Notes: a model not told the origin generated them from the sequence alone. DNA of 55,588 nt from Vampirovibrionales bacterium (GCA_947458095.1 CANGYO010000003.1:1-55588); one strand, 5' to 3'; counted from the first letter of the stretch, positions 38,267 to 47,082 are shown. Numbers and translations are program-made.

Positions 38267-38673
38267 TAGGGTTCCACCGTTTTACGGCTGGCTTGTGCCG
38301 AATTGCGTGCTTGCCGTTTTTCTTGCATGAGGTAGACCGTGCCTTTTTCACCTGCCTGCTTTTGATATCCCGCATTTTTTTGTTGAGGCGGCAATAAGAA
38401 ATGCCCAGTGGCTGGCACGACTTGAAACGCCAACTGCACAGAATCTCGAATGTACTGCCCTGCCATTTCAAGCATGGTACCGCCTGCTAATATCAGGATG
38501 AGGAAGACCACGATCATTTTAGGTACGGCGGAAAGCGTTTGTTCTTGCACTTGGGTCACGGCTTGCAAAATCCCCACAATCAAGCCAATCACTGCCGCTG
38601 CTAGAATAGGGGGCATCGAAAGCATGAGGCTCAATAAGATGCCTTGTCTCACATGTTCGAGTAGGTAATCCAT
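38266..38673 (-). CDS. fliQ: Flagellar/T3SS export gate protein FliQ (SctS family) with C-terminal extension
   Basis: The first ~88 aa are a typical FliQ (LLSLMLSMPPILAAAVIGLIVGILQAVTQVQEQTLSAVPKM). A further ~45 polar/basic residues precede the stop. Confidence 0.8.
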   Translation of the reverse strand: MDYLLEHVRQGILLSLMLSMPPILAAAVIGLIVGILQAVTQVQEQTLSAVPKMIVVFLILILAGGTMLEMAGQYIRDSVQLAFQVVPATGHFLLPPQQKNAGYQKQAGEKGTVYLMQEKRQARNSAQASRKTVEP

Positions 38674-38730
38674 GGGGGCAACACTTTCTTTGGGGGGCTT
38701 TAAAACTTATGGGCTTCTTTCAGGAAGCTC

Positions 38731-39390
38731 CTAGTTGAAGCTTTGAATGAGACCTCTCACAATTAAGGACCAACCGTCCACCGCAATAAAAATCAAGATC
38801 TTAAACGGCAATGAAATAATCGTGGGAGACAACATCATCATCCCAAGCGCCATCAAGATGTTGGCAACCACCAAATCGATAATGACAAAGGGAATGAAAA
38901 TCACAAAGCCGATTTCAAAGGATGTTCGCAATTCGCTGAGCATAAAAGCGGGCGTGATTTCCCAAATGCTCAACTCATTCACCGAGTCAGGGGCTTTTTT
39001 ACGAGACACTTCTAGGAAGATTCGGACATCTTCTTCACGAGTTTGACGCATCATAAACTGCTTGAGTGGCACGACGCCTTTGTTCATAATATCCATGACA
39101 TTCGATTTTGGGTTGTTCAACAAGGGATTCACCGCCGTGTACATCTCCCCAAAAACAGGACTCATGGTGTAAAAGGTCAAGATTAAGGCAAGCCCTACTA
39201 AGACCATTGAAGGGGGAACTTGTTGCGTTCCCATGGCTTGTTTGAGAATGGAAAAGACGATGACGTATCGTAAAAAGCTCGTCATGCCTGACACCATAAA
39301 CGGAAGCAGGGTCAAGCTTGCCATGAGCAACATGAGTTGCAAGGCAGGGTCTAAATTGGCAAAGGCTCCTGAAAAAGCGGCGGTCGCCAT
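38731..39390 (-). CDS. fliP: Flagellar/T3SS export gate protein FliP (SctR family)
   Basis: TSFLRYVIVFSILKQAMGTQQVPPSMVLVGLALILTFYTMSPV and the C-terminal GFVIFIPFVIIDLVVANILMALGMMMLSP. Confidence 0.9.
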   Translation of the reverse strand: MATAAFSGAFANLDPALQLMLLMASLTLLPFMVSGMTSFLRYVIVFSILKQAMGTQQVPPSMVLVGLALILTFYTMSPVFGEMYTAVNPLLNNPKSNVMDIMNKGVVPLKQFMMRQTREEDVRIFLEVSRKKAPDSVNELSIWEITPAFMLSELRTSFEIGFVIFIPFVIIDLVVANILMALGMMMLSPTIISLPFKILIFIAVDGWSLIVRGLIQSFN

Positions 39391-39455
39391 GGGGTGTCTT
39401 CCTTTTAAGCGGTGTTTTTAGAAAGTTTTACGAAAAAGTCTAATAAAGGGGAATA

Positions 39456-39526
39456 CGTCATGTTGAGCGTAGCGAAACATCTCCCCCAAACGTCTTGGCA
39501 GATCCTTCACATGCATTCAGGATGAC
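39456..39526. repeat. Family 1 hairpin repeat (P3) in the fliO-fliP spacer
   Basis: Arms cgtcatgttgagcgtagcgaaacatctccc and ggcagatccttcacatgcattcaggatgac, preceded by aaaggggaata. Confidence 0.75.
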
Positions 39527-39595
39527 AATAGACTTTTGCAACACTATTACACGCTTATTAAAGCACGCCAAATGCTTTATTTTTCAGAGTTTTCG

Positions 39596-40195
39596 CTATT
39601 TTAAGCCGAATGGTGGATGCGACGACGACGGCGGATTCCCCCACGACTGCGGATTCCCCTGCGTCAAGGGAAAGAGGCTCCGCACGCCTTGTAAAAACGT
39701 GCCTGAACGAGGACTGCTCGGAGCCGTGACCCCTGCTTGAGTGCTGGCACTGTTATAGCCTGTATCGGTTGGGGTAATCGCCATGCCTCGGGTGCCTGCG
39801 GCGTCTTCGTGCGTGGTTTTTTCAGCTTCGTAGGCGTCTTGTAGGGCTTCGACATAGGCTTGAGACGGATCTAGCTTGGTGAGAAAACGCAAGCCGTCCG
39901 TGCCTGAAGAGACGAGAAAGCGTTCATGTTCACATTGAATAATCATCAACTGCTTGTTTTCGTCAAGCTCTAGCGTTTCTTCGACTTTAAGTTTGCTTTC
40001 ATCTTCTTGATGAGGGGGATGCCCCATGCCCACCCAACTACGAATGATTTGCACGACTTCGGGCTTGGTTTTCAGGAGCCACAAAAAAGCCACCAGCCCT
40101 CCGATAATGAGAACGCTCCACAAGCCAACGCTTCCCATGTACTTCCAAATGAGGGTTTGACTACTAGGGGTGGCAAGGGTCGTGGCAATAGGCAT
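39596..40195 (-). CDS. fliO: FliO-like single-pass membrane protein with Gly/Pro/Ser-rich tail
   Basis: ATG at 40195. One TM helix (LWSVLIIGGLVAFLWLL) is followed by LKVEETLELDENKQLMIIQCEHERFLVSSGTDGLRFLTKL, resembling the FliO core. It lies upstream of fliP. Confidence 0.55.
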   Translation of the reverse strand: MPIATTLATPSSQTLIWKYMGSVGLWSVLIIGGLVAFLWLLKTKPEVVQIIRSWVGMGHPPHQEDESKLKVEETLELDENKQLMIIQCEHERFLVSSGTDGLRFLTKLDPSQAYVEALQDAYEAEKTTHEDAAGTRGMAITPTDTGYNSASTQAGVTAPSSPRSGTFLQGVRSLFPLTQGNPQSWGNPPSSSHPPFGLK

Positions 40196-40333
40196 GGTGA
40201 TGTCTCCTTTGTTGAAGATGTTTTGCTTATTATAACATTGAAGACCTGTTTTGTCTTTTTTATTCCAAATACGCCAAACGCACAAAATCGTGTAAAATAA
40301 GGACTGTACCCTTTAGACGTTGAGTCCCCAAGC

Positions 40334-41509
40334 ATGAAACCCATTCCCCTGTGTGAAGCTGATTTAAATGAAGACGACGTACAAGCGGTGGCATCCACTT
40401 TGCGAGACGGCTGGATCTCTTCCGCCGCCCCTGTGGTGGAAGCCTTTGAAGCCGCCTTCCTCGCCCAGCTCCACGCATGGGGAGCCAGTCCCGATTTAGG
40501 ATGCGTCGCCACTCAATCAGGCACGTCCGCCTTGTGGATGTGCTTGCACTTGCTCGACCTTCCCGCAGGCACTGAAGTGCTTTGCCCAGCCACCAGCTTT
40601 GTGGCGAGTATTCATCCGTTTTTGTACCAAAAGCACCGCCTCCGCTTGGTGGATGTGCATCCGCTGACCTTTGCCCCCACGCTAGAGTCGTATCAATCGG
40701 CGAAAACGTCCGAAACGAAGGTCGTTTTGGTGACGCATCTGTATGGACTTGCCATGCCTGAACTGCTGAAATTACGTCAGTGGTGCGACGCTGAAGGGCT
40801 TATTTTGATTGAAGATGCCGCCGAATCGCTAGGCACACTGGTCGACGGCAAGCCCGTGGGAACGATCGGGCATTACGGCTTTTACAGCTTCAACGTCAAC
40901 AAAACGCTTACCACCGCCAGCGGAGGCATCTTGGTTTCGGAAGATCACACCCTGCTCGCTAAACTTAAGCATCAAAGCACGCAAGCCAAGTGCTATAGTA
41001 CAGGCGAACTCTTTCACGATGCCATCGGCTTCAACCTACGGATGAACGCCTTGCACGCCAGCTTAGGTATTAGCCAACTCAAGCGACTGCCTGCATTTTT
41101 GGATGCCAAGTGTCGCATCGCCGAAGGGTATTTTCAGGCGTTTAAGGGGCAAGCGTCTTTGGATTTTGTGCATCATCACAATCCGCCGTATGCTAGGGCG
41201 TTTACAGGCATCACGCCGAGCTATTGGTTGAATCTGCTTTATGTGGACGATCACGCCAAACGCAAAGCCTTGCAAGGAGCTTTACAGGCTCAAGGCGTGC
41301 AGGTGCGACCTGTGTTTATGCCGTTTACGGCGTTTGACTATGTGCATCCGTTTTTGGTGGAAGCGTCGTTGCAGGAAGTACGCTCGCAATTTAAAAATGC
41401 CTATGCCTTGTGGGAAAGGGGCATCAATTTGCCGTCGTCTCCGCACTTGAGCGAAGGCGATCAGGCTCGTGTGATTGAACTTGTTTTAGAAGGAAGTAAA
41501 CATGATTAA
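40334..41509 (+). CDS. DegT/DnrJ/EryC1/StrS family PLP-dependent sugar aminotransferase
   Basis: 391 aa. The N-terminus has L.EDDVQAV..TLRDGWIS. The candidate PLP-Lys region is YSFNVNKTLTTASGGIL. Confidence 0.8.
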   Translation: MKPIPLCEADLNEDDVQAVASTLRDGWISSAAPVVEAFEAAFLAQLHAWGASPDLGCVATQSGTSALWMCLHLLDLPAGTEVLCPATSFVASIHPFLYQKHRLRLVDVHPLTFAPTLESYQSAKTSETKVVLVTHLYGLAMPELLKLRQWCDAEGLILIEDAAESLGTLVDGKPVGTIGHYGFYSFNVNKTLTTASGGILVSEDHTLLAKLKHQSTQAKCYSTGELFHDAIGFNLRMNALHASLGISQLKRLPAFLDAKCRIAEGYFQAFKGQASLDFVHHHNPPYARAFTGITPSYWLNLLYVDDHAKRKALQGALQAQGVQVRPVFMPFTAFDYVHPFLVEASLQEVRSQFKNAYALWERGINLPSSPHLSEGDQARVIELVLEGSKHD

Positions 41510-41990
41510 AGTCTTGATGATTTGCATGGGCAATATTTGCCGATCACCCCTAGCCCACGGCGTTTTGGACTATCTCGTGAAAGACGCGGGACTTAGCGAA
41601 AAAATCCACGTCGATTCAGCAGGCACGCATTACTATCACGTCGGTTGCCTGCCCGATGAGCGTTCGATCGACAAAGCCCGCGACTACGGCATTGACATCA
41701 CCACACAACGCGCGCGGCAACTCACCGCCGAAGACTTCAGCGACTTTGATTACCTGCTGGTGATGGACAAACGCAACTTACGAGACGCTTCAGTCCTTGC
41801 CCCCACGCCTGAACTTGCCCAAAAGTTGACGCTATTTTTAGATTACAGCTTGGGTGATTTCAGCGAAAGCGAGGTGCCTGATCCCTATTATGGGGGCATT
41901 GATGGCTTTGAGCATGTGTTTCAGCTGGTCAAAAGTGCCAGCGTCGGCTTTTTGGCGCATCTCCAAGAAGATGCTAGGATTTCATGTTAG
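41502..41990 (+). CDS. Low-molecular-weight protein-tyrosine phosphatase
   Basis: VLMICMGNICRSPLA is the CX5R(S) P-loop, and a DPYY Asp loop is present. It overlaps the DegT gene by 8 nt. Confidence 0.9.
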   Translation: MIKVLMICMGNICRSPLAHGVLDYLVKDAGLSEKIHVDSAGTHYYHVGCLPDERSIDKARDYGIDITTQRARQLTAEDFSDFDYLLVMDKRNLRDASVLAPTPELAQKLTLFLDYSLGDFSESEVPDPYYGGIDGFEHVFQLVKSASVGFLAHLQEDARISC

Positions 41991-42008
41991 AATAAAAGCA
42001 CTTCTACA

Positions 42009-43439
42009 ATGAAAAAGGATTTTAAGATGACTCTAAATACAGGTAACATTCAAATAAGCGAATTTTCGATTTTAGGCTTGCATGGCAATAAGAACATTCG
42101 CCTAAAGTTGGAAGACAACACGCTTATTTTAGTGGGTGCAAACGGCACGTACAAAACCACGATTTTAACCTTGTTTTACAGCTTCCTCGCTGGAGATGTA
42201 GAGGGGTTGGCGAAGTATATCTTTGATTCGTTAGAAATGGTGATTAATGAGAAAAGTTATTCTGTTCAATACACAGATATTGAAGAGTTTCTATTTGTAG
42301 AATGGATTAAGCAAGCAAATCTTCCGTCAATTGTAAAGCGAGAGTTATTGAATAATAATTCACTTTTATCAAAAAACACACTGCGAAAATTAGAGGAAGA
42401 AGAATCATTAGAGTCTATGTTGAGTTTTCTGTCAGAAAATAAGGCTCCTGTATCTCGTGAAAGATCCCAAAGTCAACAAGCTATGTATCACTACTTAGCA
42501 ATTGTAAAAGAAATAAAAAAAGTTCTGGAGCCACATAACATTCAATTCCTATACTTGCCCACTTATAGAAGAATTGAAGAAAAATTACAAAAACTTGACG
42601 AACCTCAAAATAAACGGCGGATGTTTTCGAGTCTACCTCTTGATAAAGAACAGGATGAAACATTTTGTCGAAAAATTATCGAGTTTGGTATGGAGGATAT
42701 TCAAAAATTACTGGAAAACAAAATAAAATTTTTGAAAAATAAAAAAACAGAAAGTGAAACGTATCTGAAAAATGAGTTTGCCGAAATGGCCTATGATGAA
42801 GAGGTTTATCAAAATATAAGTAAAGATGATTTTGAAAAATATTCAAGCGACTTAATTCAAAAAGTATTCGACCGTATCAAAAAAGACGAACAAATAAAAC
42901 CCAAATTAAGGTCTTCTCTGTTAGATCCACACATCCTTGAAGTAGAAGAATCCAAATCTCTAAAAACATTACACATCTTAAAAAGGTACATTGAATCGTA
43001 TCAGAAAACGTTTGAATATGAAGAACCTTTAAATCAGCTCTGTGAAGCGTGTAATCGCTACTTGCACAGCAACGAAATTGTTTACGACCCGACTGAGCCA
43101 GCAATCTATATTCGCAACCGTAAAACATCCGAAAACTCTCTCGAACATCGGATCGAGCTTTCCCAGTTGTCTTCAGGGGAAAAGCAGTTGGTGTCTTTGT
43201 TTACGCACTTGTATCTGGCAGACGGGACGCAGTATTTTGTGATTATCGATGAGCCTGAAATCTCCCTTTCCGTGGAATGGCAAGAGACTTTTTTAGAAGA
43301 TATTAGAAATGGTACGTTTTGTTCAGGCTTGTTTGTCGCCACGCATTCCCCTTTCATGTTTGACAATTCTTTGCGTAAGTATGCCCATGGCGTAGGACGC
43401 TTTTTGGAAGTCGTGGAGCCAAGCGATGACAAGCAATAA
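42009..43439 (+). CDS. ABC/SMC-type (AAA_15/21-like) ATPase, AriA/AbiLi-like component of a split OLD-family system
   Basis: 476 aa. P-loop LILVGANGTYKTT, a long K/E-rich helical insertion, ABC signature QLSSGEKQ, Walker B YFVIIDEPEISL, and H-loop FVATHSP. It is strongly AT-rich compared with its flanks. Confidence 0.7.
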   Translation: MKKDFKMTLNTGNIQISEFSILGLHGNKNIRLKLEDNTLILVGANGTYKTTILTLFYSFLAGDVEGLAKYIFDSLEMVINEKSYSVQYTDIEEFLFVEWIKQANLPSIVKRELLNNNSLLSKNTLRKLEEEESLESMLSFLSENKAPVSRERSQSQQAMYHYLAIVKEIKKVLEPHNIQFLYLPTYRRIEEKLQKLDEPQNKRRMFSSLPLDKEQDETFCRKIIEFGMEDIQKLLENKIKFLKNKKTESETYLKNEFAEMAYDEEVYQNISKDDFEKYSSDLIQKVFDRIKKDEQIKPKLRSSLLDPHILEVEESKSLKTLHILKRYIESYQKTFEYEEPLNQLCEACNRYLHSNEIVYDPTEPAIYIRNRKTSENSLEHRIELSQLSSGEKQLVSLFTHLYLADGTQYFVIIDEPEISLSVEWQETFLEDIRNGTFCSGLFVATHSPFMFDNSLRKYAHGVGRFLEVVEPSDDKQ

Positions 43440-44247
43440 TACTCCTTTTGACGAGCAACTTATTCAGAAAAAAAAAGCGAATCACACAATTGAATATCAA
43501 CGCTTTTTAAAGCAAGTAATAAGCGAAGAAGCCTGTTATTTTTGTGTGGAAGGGGAGGATGATTTTAAGTTTTATACCTCTTATTTTGACTTTAAGTATC
43601 GAATAAACAAGAGAAAAAAAGTTATCTTAAAAAATAAAAAAGGCGTTTTAAATCTTTTTGAGCTTTATGGCAAAGAACCCTCTCTTTTTGATACTGTTCA
43701 AGGACAAAAGTTGTTTTTTGTGGACAAAGATTTAGACTCCAATTTGACCCATGAACGTTTATTCGTAACCTGTGGTTATTCGTTTGAAAACTATCTGTGC
43801 CATCTCGAAACAGTTTGTCGAACTTTAGAAGAATTAAACAGTGAGGTTAGAGAAAAAGAAATTAAAGTGCAATTCGAGAAATATACACAATCATTCGTGC
43901 AAATCTATTCCCCTATTATGTCTTTTATACAAGAAAAAAGAAATTATTTCGATAATTATAACCCTATCGGCTTGTTTCACAATGTAAAATGGGAGAAAAA
44001 AGATAAAGCAGTTAAACATTTAGAGAAAATAGATCCGAAGTTTCAGGATACTATTCTTTGGAATTTAAATGATGTACGTGGTAAATATGTGTGTGAGTTT
44101 TTAATTCTTTTTGTTCGTGAACACCTTACTGAAGAAGGTGATAAAAATAATCATAAGCTAATCAAGAAAACGCTTTTTTGTCATGTACAAGCACCCATCC
44201 CAGCCCTAGATGATTACTTCAAACGTCACATCAAGGAGGCAAGCTAG
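43426..44247 (+). CDS. DUF4435/Toprim-like protein, AriB/AbiLii-like putative nuclease effector
   Basis: 273 aa, overlapping the ATPase gene by 14 nt. Acidic motifs occur in Toprim order: YFCVEGEDDFKFY, LFFVDKDLD, GYSFENYL. The call is from pattern and partner; no HMM was run. Confidence 0.6.
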   Translation: MTSNNTPFDEQLIQKKKANHTIEYQRFLKQVISEEACYFCVEGEDDFKFYTSYFDFKYRINKRKKVILKNKKGVLNLFELYGKEPSLFDTVQGQKLFFVDKDLDSNLTHERLFVTCGYSFENYLCHLETVCRTLEELNSEVREKEIKVQFEKYTQSFVQIYSPIMSFIQEKRNYFDNYNPIGLFHNVKWEKKDKAVKHLEKIDPKFQDTILWNLNDVRGKYVCEFLILFVREHLTEEGDKNNHKLIKKTLFCHVQAPIPALDDYFKRHIKEAS

Positions 44248-44655
44248 ATGCTAAGCCCCACGCAAGCCGAAGCCTTGTTTCAAGAGGCGAAAAAAGCCAG
44301 CGAAGCGTCCTATTCACCCTACAGTCAATTCCCTGTGGGAGCAGCGTTGCTCCTTGCGTCTGGCGACATCTTCCACGGATGCAACGTCGAAAATGCGAGC
44401 TTTGGACTCACCATTTGTGCAGAACGTACCGCCTTGGTCTCATGGATTTCACAAGGTCGTCAAGCAGATACCATTGTGGCAATCGCCGTGTATGGCGCCA
44501 AAACACCGCATCATCACATCACGCCTTGTGGGGCGTGTCGGCAGTCGTTGGTCGAGTTTTGTGGGGACGATACCGTGCTGGTTTTTCGAGATGCCTTTGG
44601 CGAACTCACGCAAAAGCCTGTGACGGCTTTCTTGCCCGATCGTTTTGAATTGTAA
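44248..44655 (+). CDS. cdd: Cytidine deaminase (homotetrameric type)
   Basis: SPYSQFPVGAALL, GCNVENASFGLTICAERTA, and PCGACRQ zinc ligands. The ATG directly follows the previous TAG. Confidence 0.9.
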   Translation: MLSPTQAEALFQEAKKASEASYSPYSQFPVGAALLLASGDIFHGCNVENASFGLTICAERTALVSWISQGRQADTIVAIAVYGAKTPHHHITPCGACRQSLVEFCGDDTVLVFRDAFGELTQKPVTAFLPDRFEL

Positions 44656-44665
44656 TCATACGATA

Positions 44666-45679
44666 TTACATATTGTTAAGCACGTTCTGCTTCTGCAATA
44701 TCAAGCGAGCTTGCGTCGCACTGCGACGCAGTTCCACATCCACGTCTAATTTCGCAAACGAACGTAAAATCCGCCGAGCCATCACCGTATTGTCTGAAAC
44801 CCCTAAAGCAATCGCATAGTTATACAAAACCGCTTCCTGCCCTTTGATATAACTTTTACTGGCTTCTTCTAAACGACAAACCGCGAGTGCTTGATCAGCA
44901 TCCTGATCCAACATAGCCAAAACCCCCGCCGTATTGAGGGCTTCTACATTATGAGGGTCTATACTTAAAGAGTCTTCTATGGCATGAAACGCCTCTTCCA
45001 AGTCCCCTCGTTCCACATAAAGCAACGCCATCACATAATAGGCCTCAGCGGAAAATTGTCCCAAGTCTAAAAGTGTGTCTAAATACGCTTGGCATTCATC
45101 TAATACACCTAAGTCTAAACAGGTGTACGCCATAGATGTCAACATGTCTTGATGTTGTGGGTCAAGTTCCAATCCCTGTTGAAAAATCTCATACGCCGCT
45201 TGCGATTCGTTTAACGCATCATACGCCAATCCTAAATAATAATAGGTATCGCCTTCAGGATCTTCTTGATATTGAATGGCGTTAATCCAATGATCAATTG
45301 CCAAAGTATAGCGTTCTGATTGATATTCCAAAACCCCTAAATGATACAAACACAAGGGGTCTTCACTATTTTGAAGTAAAGCGATATACAGGTAATCTTT
45401 TGCCCGTTCCAAGTAGCCCAGTTCAAGGTGAATCACACCCATGGTATAGACAAGAGACGGGTAATTCGGTCTGATTTTAAAGGTTTGTTCCAAAATAAAT
45501 AAAGCGGTTTTATGGTATTGACGCTGATAGACGAACCACGCCAAATCAAAAAGATAATGAGACAACTTTTTTTGAAAAAAAAAGTAAAAGATGCCCCAAA
45601 AAAGTCCTATTCCTGCCAGAAAAGCCCCAAGCCCCCAAGCCGTGTAGGTAACAAGTGTAAGCATTTTAGACATGTGCAT
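44666..45679 (-). CDS. Membrane-anchored TPR repeat protein
   Basis: An N-terminal TM helix is followed by repeated A..Y...G.......A...Y..AL..DP patterns along the protein. Confidence 0.7.
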   Translation of the reverse strand: MHMSKMLTLVTYTAWGLGAFLAGIGLFWGIFYFFFQKKLSHYLFDLAWFVYQRQYHKTALFILEQTFKIRPNYPSLVYTMGVIHLELGYLERAKDYLYIALLQNSEDPLCLYHLGVLEYQSERYTLAIDHWINAIQYQEDPEGDTYYYLGLAYDALNESQAAYEIFQQGLELDPQHQDMLTSMAYTCLDLGVLDECQAYLDTLLDLGQFSAEAYYVMALLYVERGDLEEAFHAIEDSLSIDPHNVEALNTAGVLAMLDQDADQALAVCRLEEASKSYIKGQEAVLYNYAIALGVSDNTVMARRILRSFAKLDVDVELRRSATQARLILQKQNVLNNM

Positions 45680-45780
45680 TTCCTATGAAAACGAGAGGGA
45701 TTCTTGTTTATCATTTCGTTGCCAAAAACATTTTCTATAGTAAGGTCTACTAAATAGAGGAGAAAGTGCTTCGATAGGTT

Positions 45781-46221
45781 CTATCGTAGACGATTCAATT
45801 GAATCGTCACATCTGCATCCACCTGCTTGCCTTGATTCGGGGTATATTGCTTGCCGTTTAATACAAGGGTTTGCTTGCCTGATTGGATGTAATACGCCTG
45901 TGGTAAATCCGCACGAGGAATCGTTAGACCAAATTGACGGGCTTGAGCCGTTGCTTTGGTATCGTCCACATCAATTTTGGTAAACGGTATCCCTAAACGA
46001 GTGGAAACGCCCTGAATGCTCGGCACTAATGTGACGCAAGACGCACACCATTGTGCCGTAAACACGACCAACTGATCCCCATCGGCTTGGGATTCGAGCA
46101 AGTGTTTTTCATTTAACAAGGTGACACTCACGATCCAAAATAAGGCGAGTACCATCGCAAATAAACCGACGAAATCCACTTTCTTGGGGGAAAGTTTAAA
46201 CAAAAAATGACCGCTTGGCAT
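45781..46221 (-). CDS. Membrane-anchored thioredoxin-fold protein
   Basis: A TM helix, then VVFTAQWCASCVTLVP (WCxxC active site). Confidence 0.7.
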   Translation of the reverse strand: MPSGHFLFKLSPKKVDFVGLFAMVLALFWIVSVTLLNEKHLLESQADGDQLVVFTAQWCASCVTLVPSIQGVSTRLGIPFTKIDVDDTKATAQARQFGLTIPRADLPQAYYIQSGKQTLVLNGKQYTPNQGKQVDADVTIQLNRLR

Positions 46222-46371
46222 AGGGTTCGTATTTCCTCATGGGTTTGAAATCTTTATTCAGATTTCAAGATAAAACCAGCATATCATATTTTGCAACGCT
46301 TGTCTTTATTTGTTTGTAAATCTTTTACAATTCCGTTATGCTAGGGGAAACTCTTTAAAACACTATATAGG

Positions 46372-47064
46372 GTGAAAATGAAAGGACACAGGCACATGGC
46401 ACTAAAATGGATCCCACTTGAAACGCAATCCAAGCACATTCATGTGCTTGTAACGCCTGTCGGACCCTTGAAATGCAATTGCACCTTGATTTACAACTCG
46501 CTCACCCAAGAAGCCGTCATCATAGATGCAGGGGGCGATGCCGATGAACTCCTGAAATGCTTACGTACCTATAAACTCACGCTCAAGGCGGTGTATCATA
46601 CCCATGCCCATTTTGACCATTTTTTAGCGTCTGAAGCCTTGCGAAAAGCCACAGGATGCCCCCTCTTCCTCCACAAAAAAGACCTTTTTTTGTGGGATAT
46701 GCTGGAAACACAATGCCAACTTTTCGGATTCCCGCTCCACCAAGAAAAAACGCACCCGCCTGACGGCTTTATTAAAGACGGGCAAACGCTTGATTTAGAC
46801 GATTTAGGCACGCATCAAACACTGGTGACCCCAGGGCATACACCAGGTTCCTGCTGTTTTCACTTGGAATCGCAAGGCATTTTGGTGGCAGGCGACACGC
46901 TCTTTCACGGAGGCATCGGTCGCACCGACCTGTGGGGAGGCGACGAATCCGCCATTTACCGTTCTATTACCCAACGTTTGCATGTGCTAGATGTGGACAC
47001 CACCGTGGTGACAGGTCACGGCAAGCTCACCACGATTCAGCAAGAACGCCATTATTTCAATTAA
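46372..47064 (+). CDS. MBL-fold metallo-hydrolase (glyoxalase II-like)
   Basis: HTHAHFDH metal motif, TPGHTPGS, GDTLF..GIGRTD. The start is uncertain: GTG 46372, ATG 46378 or ATG 46396. Confidence 0.85.
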   Translation: MKMKGHRHMALKWIPLETQSKHIHVLVTPVGPLKCNCTLIYNSLTQEAVIIDAGGDADELLKCLRTYKLTLKAVYHTHAHFDHFLASEALRKATGCPLFLHKKDLFLWDMLETQCQLFGFPLHQEKTHPPDGFIKDGQTLDLDDLGTHQTLVTPGHTPGSCCFHLESQGILVAGDTLFHGGIGRTDLWGGDESAIYRSITQRLHVLDVDTTVVTGHGKLTTIQQERHYFN

Positions 47065-47082
47065 AATAGAAGGACACTTCGC

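Noticed and set aside
44248-44655. cdd as a third component (deaminase effector) of the ATPase/DUF4435 system
   Set aside because: It has ordinary housekeeping cytidine deaminase motifs and length, and its G+C matches the host flank (31/60 in a sampled line) and not the island. I treat it as the native gene that the island abuts.
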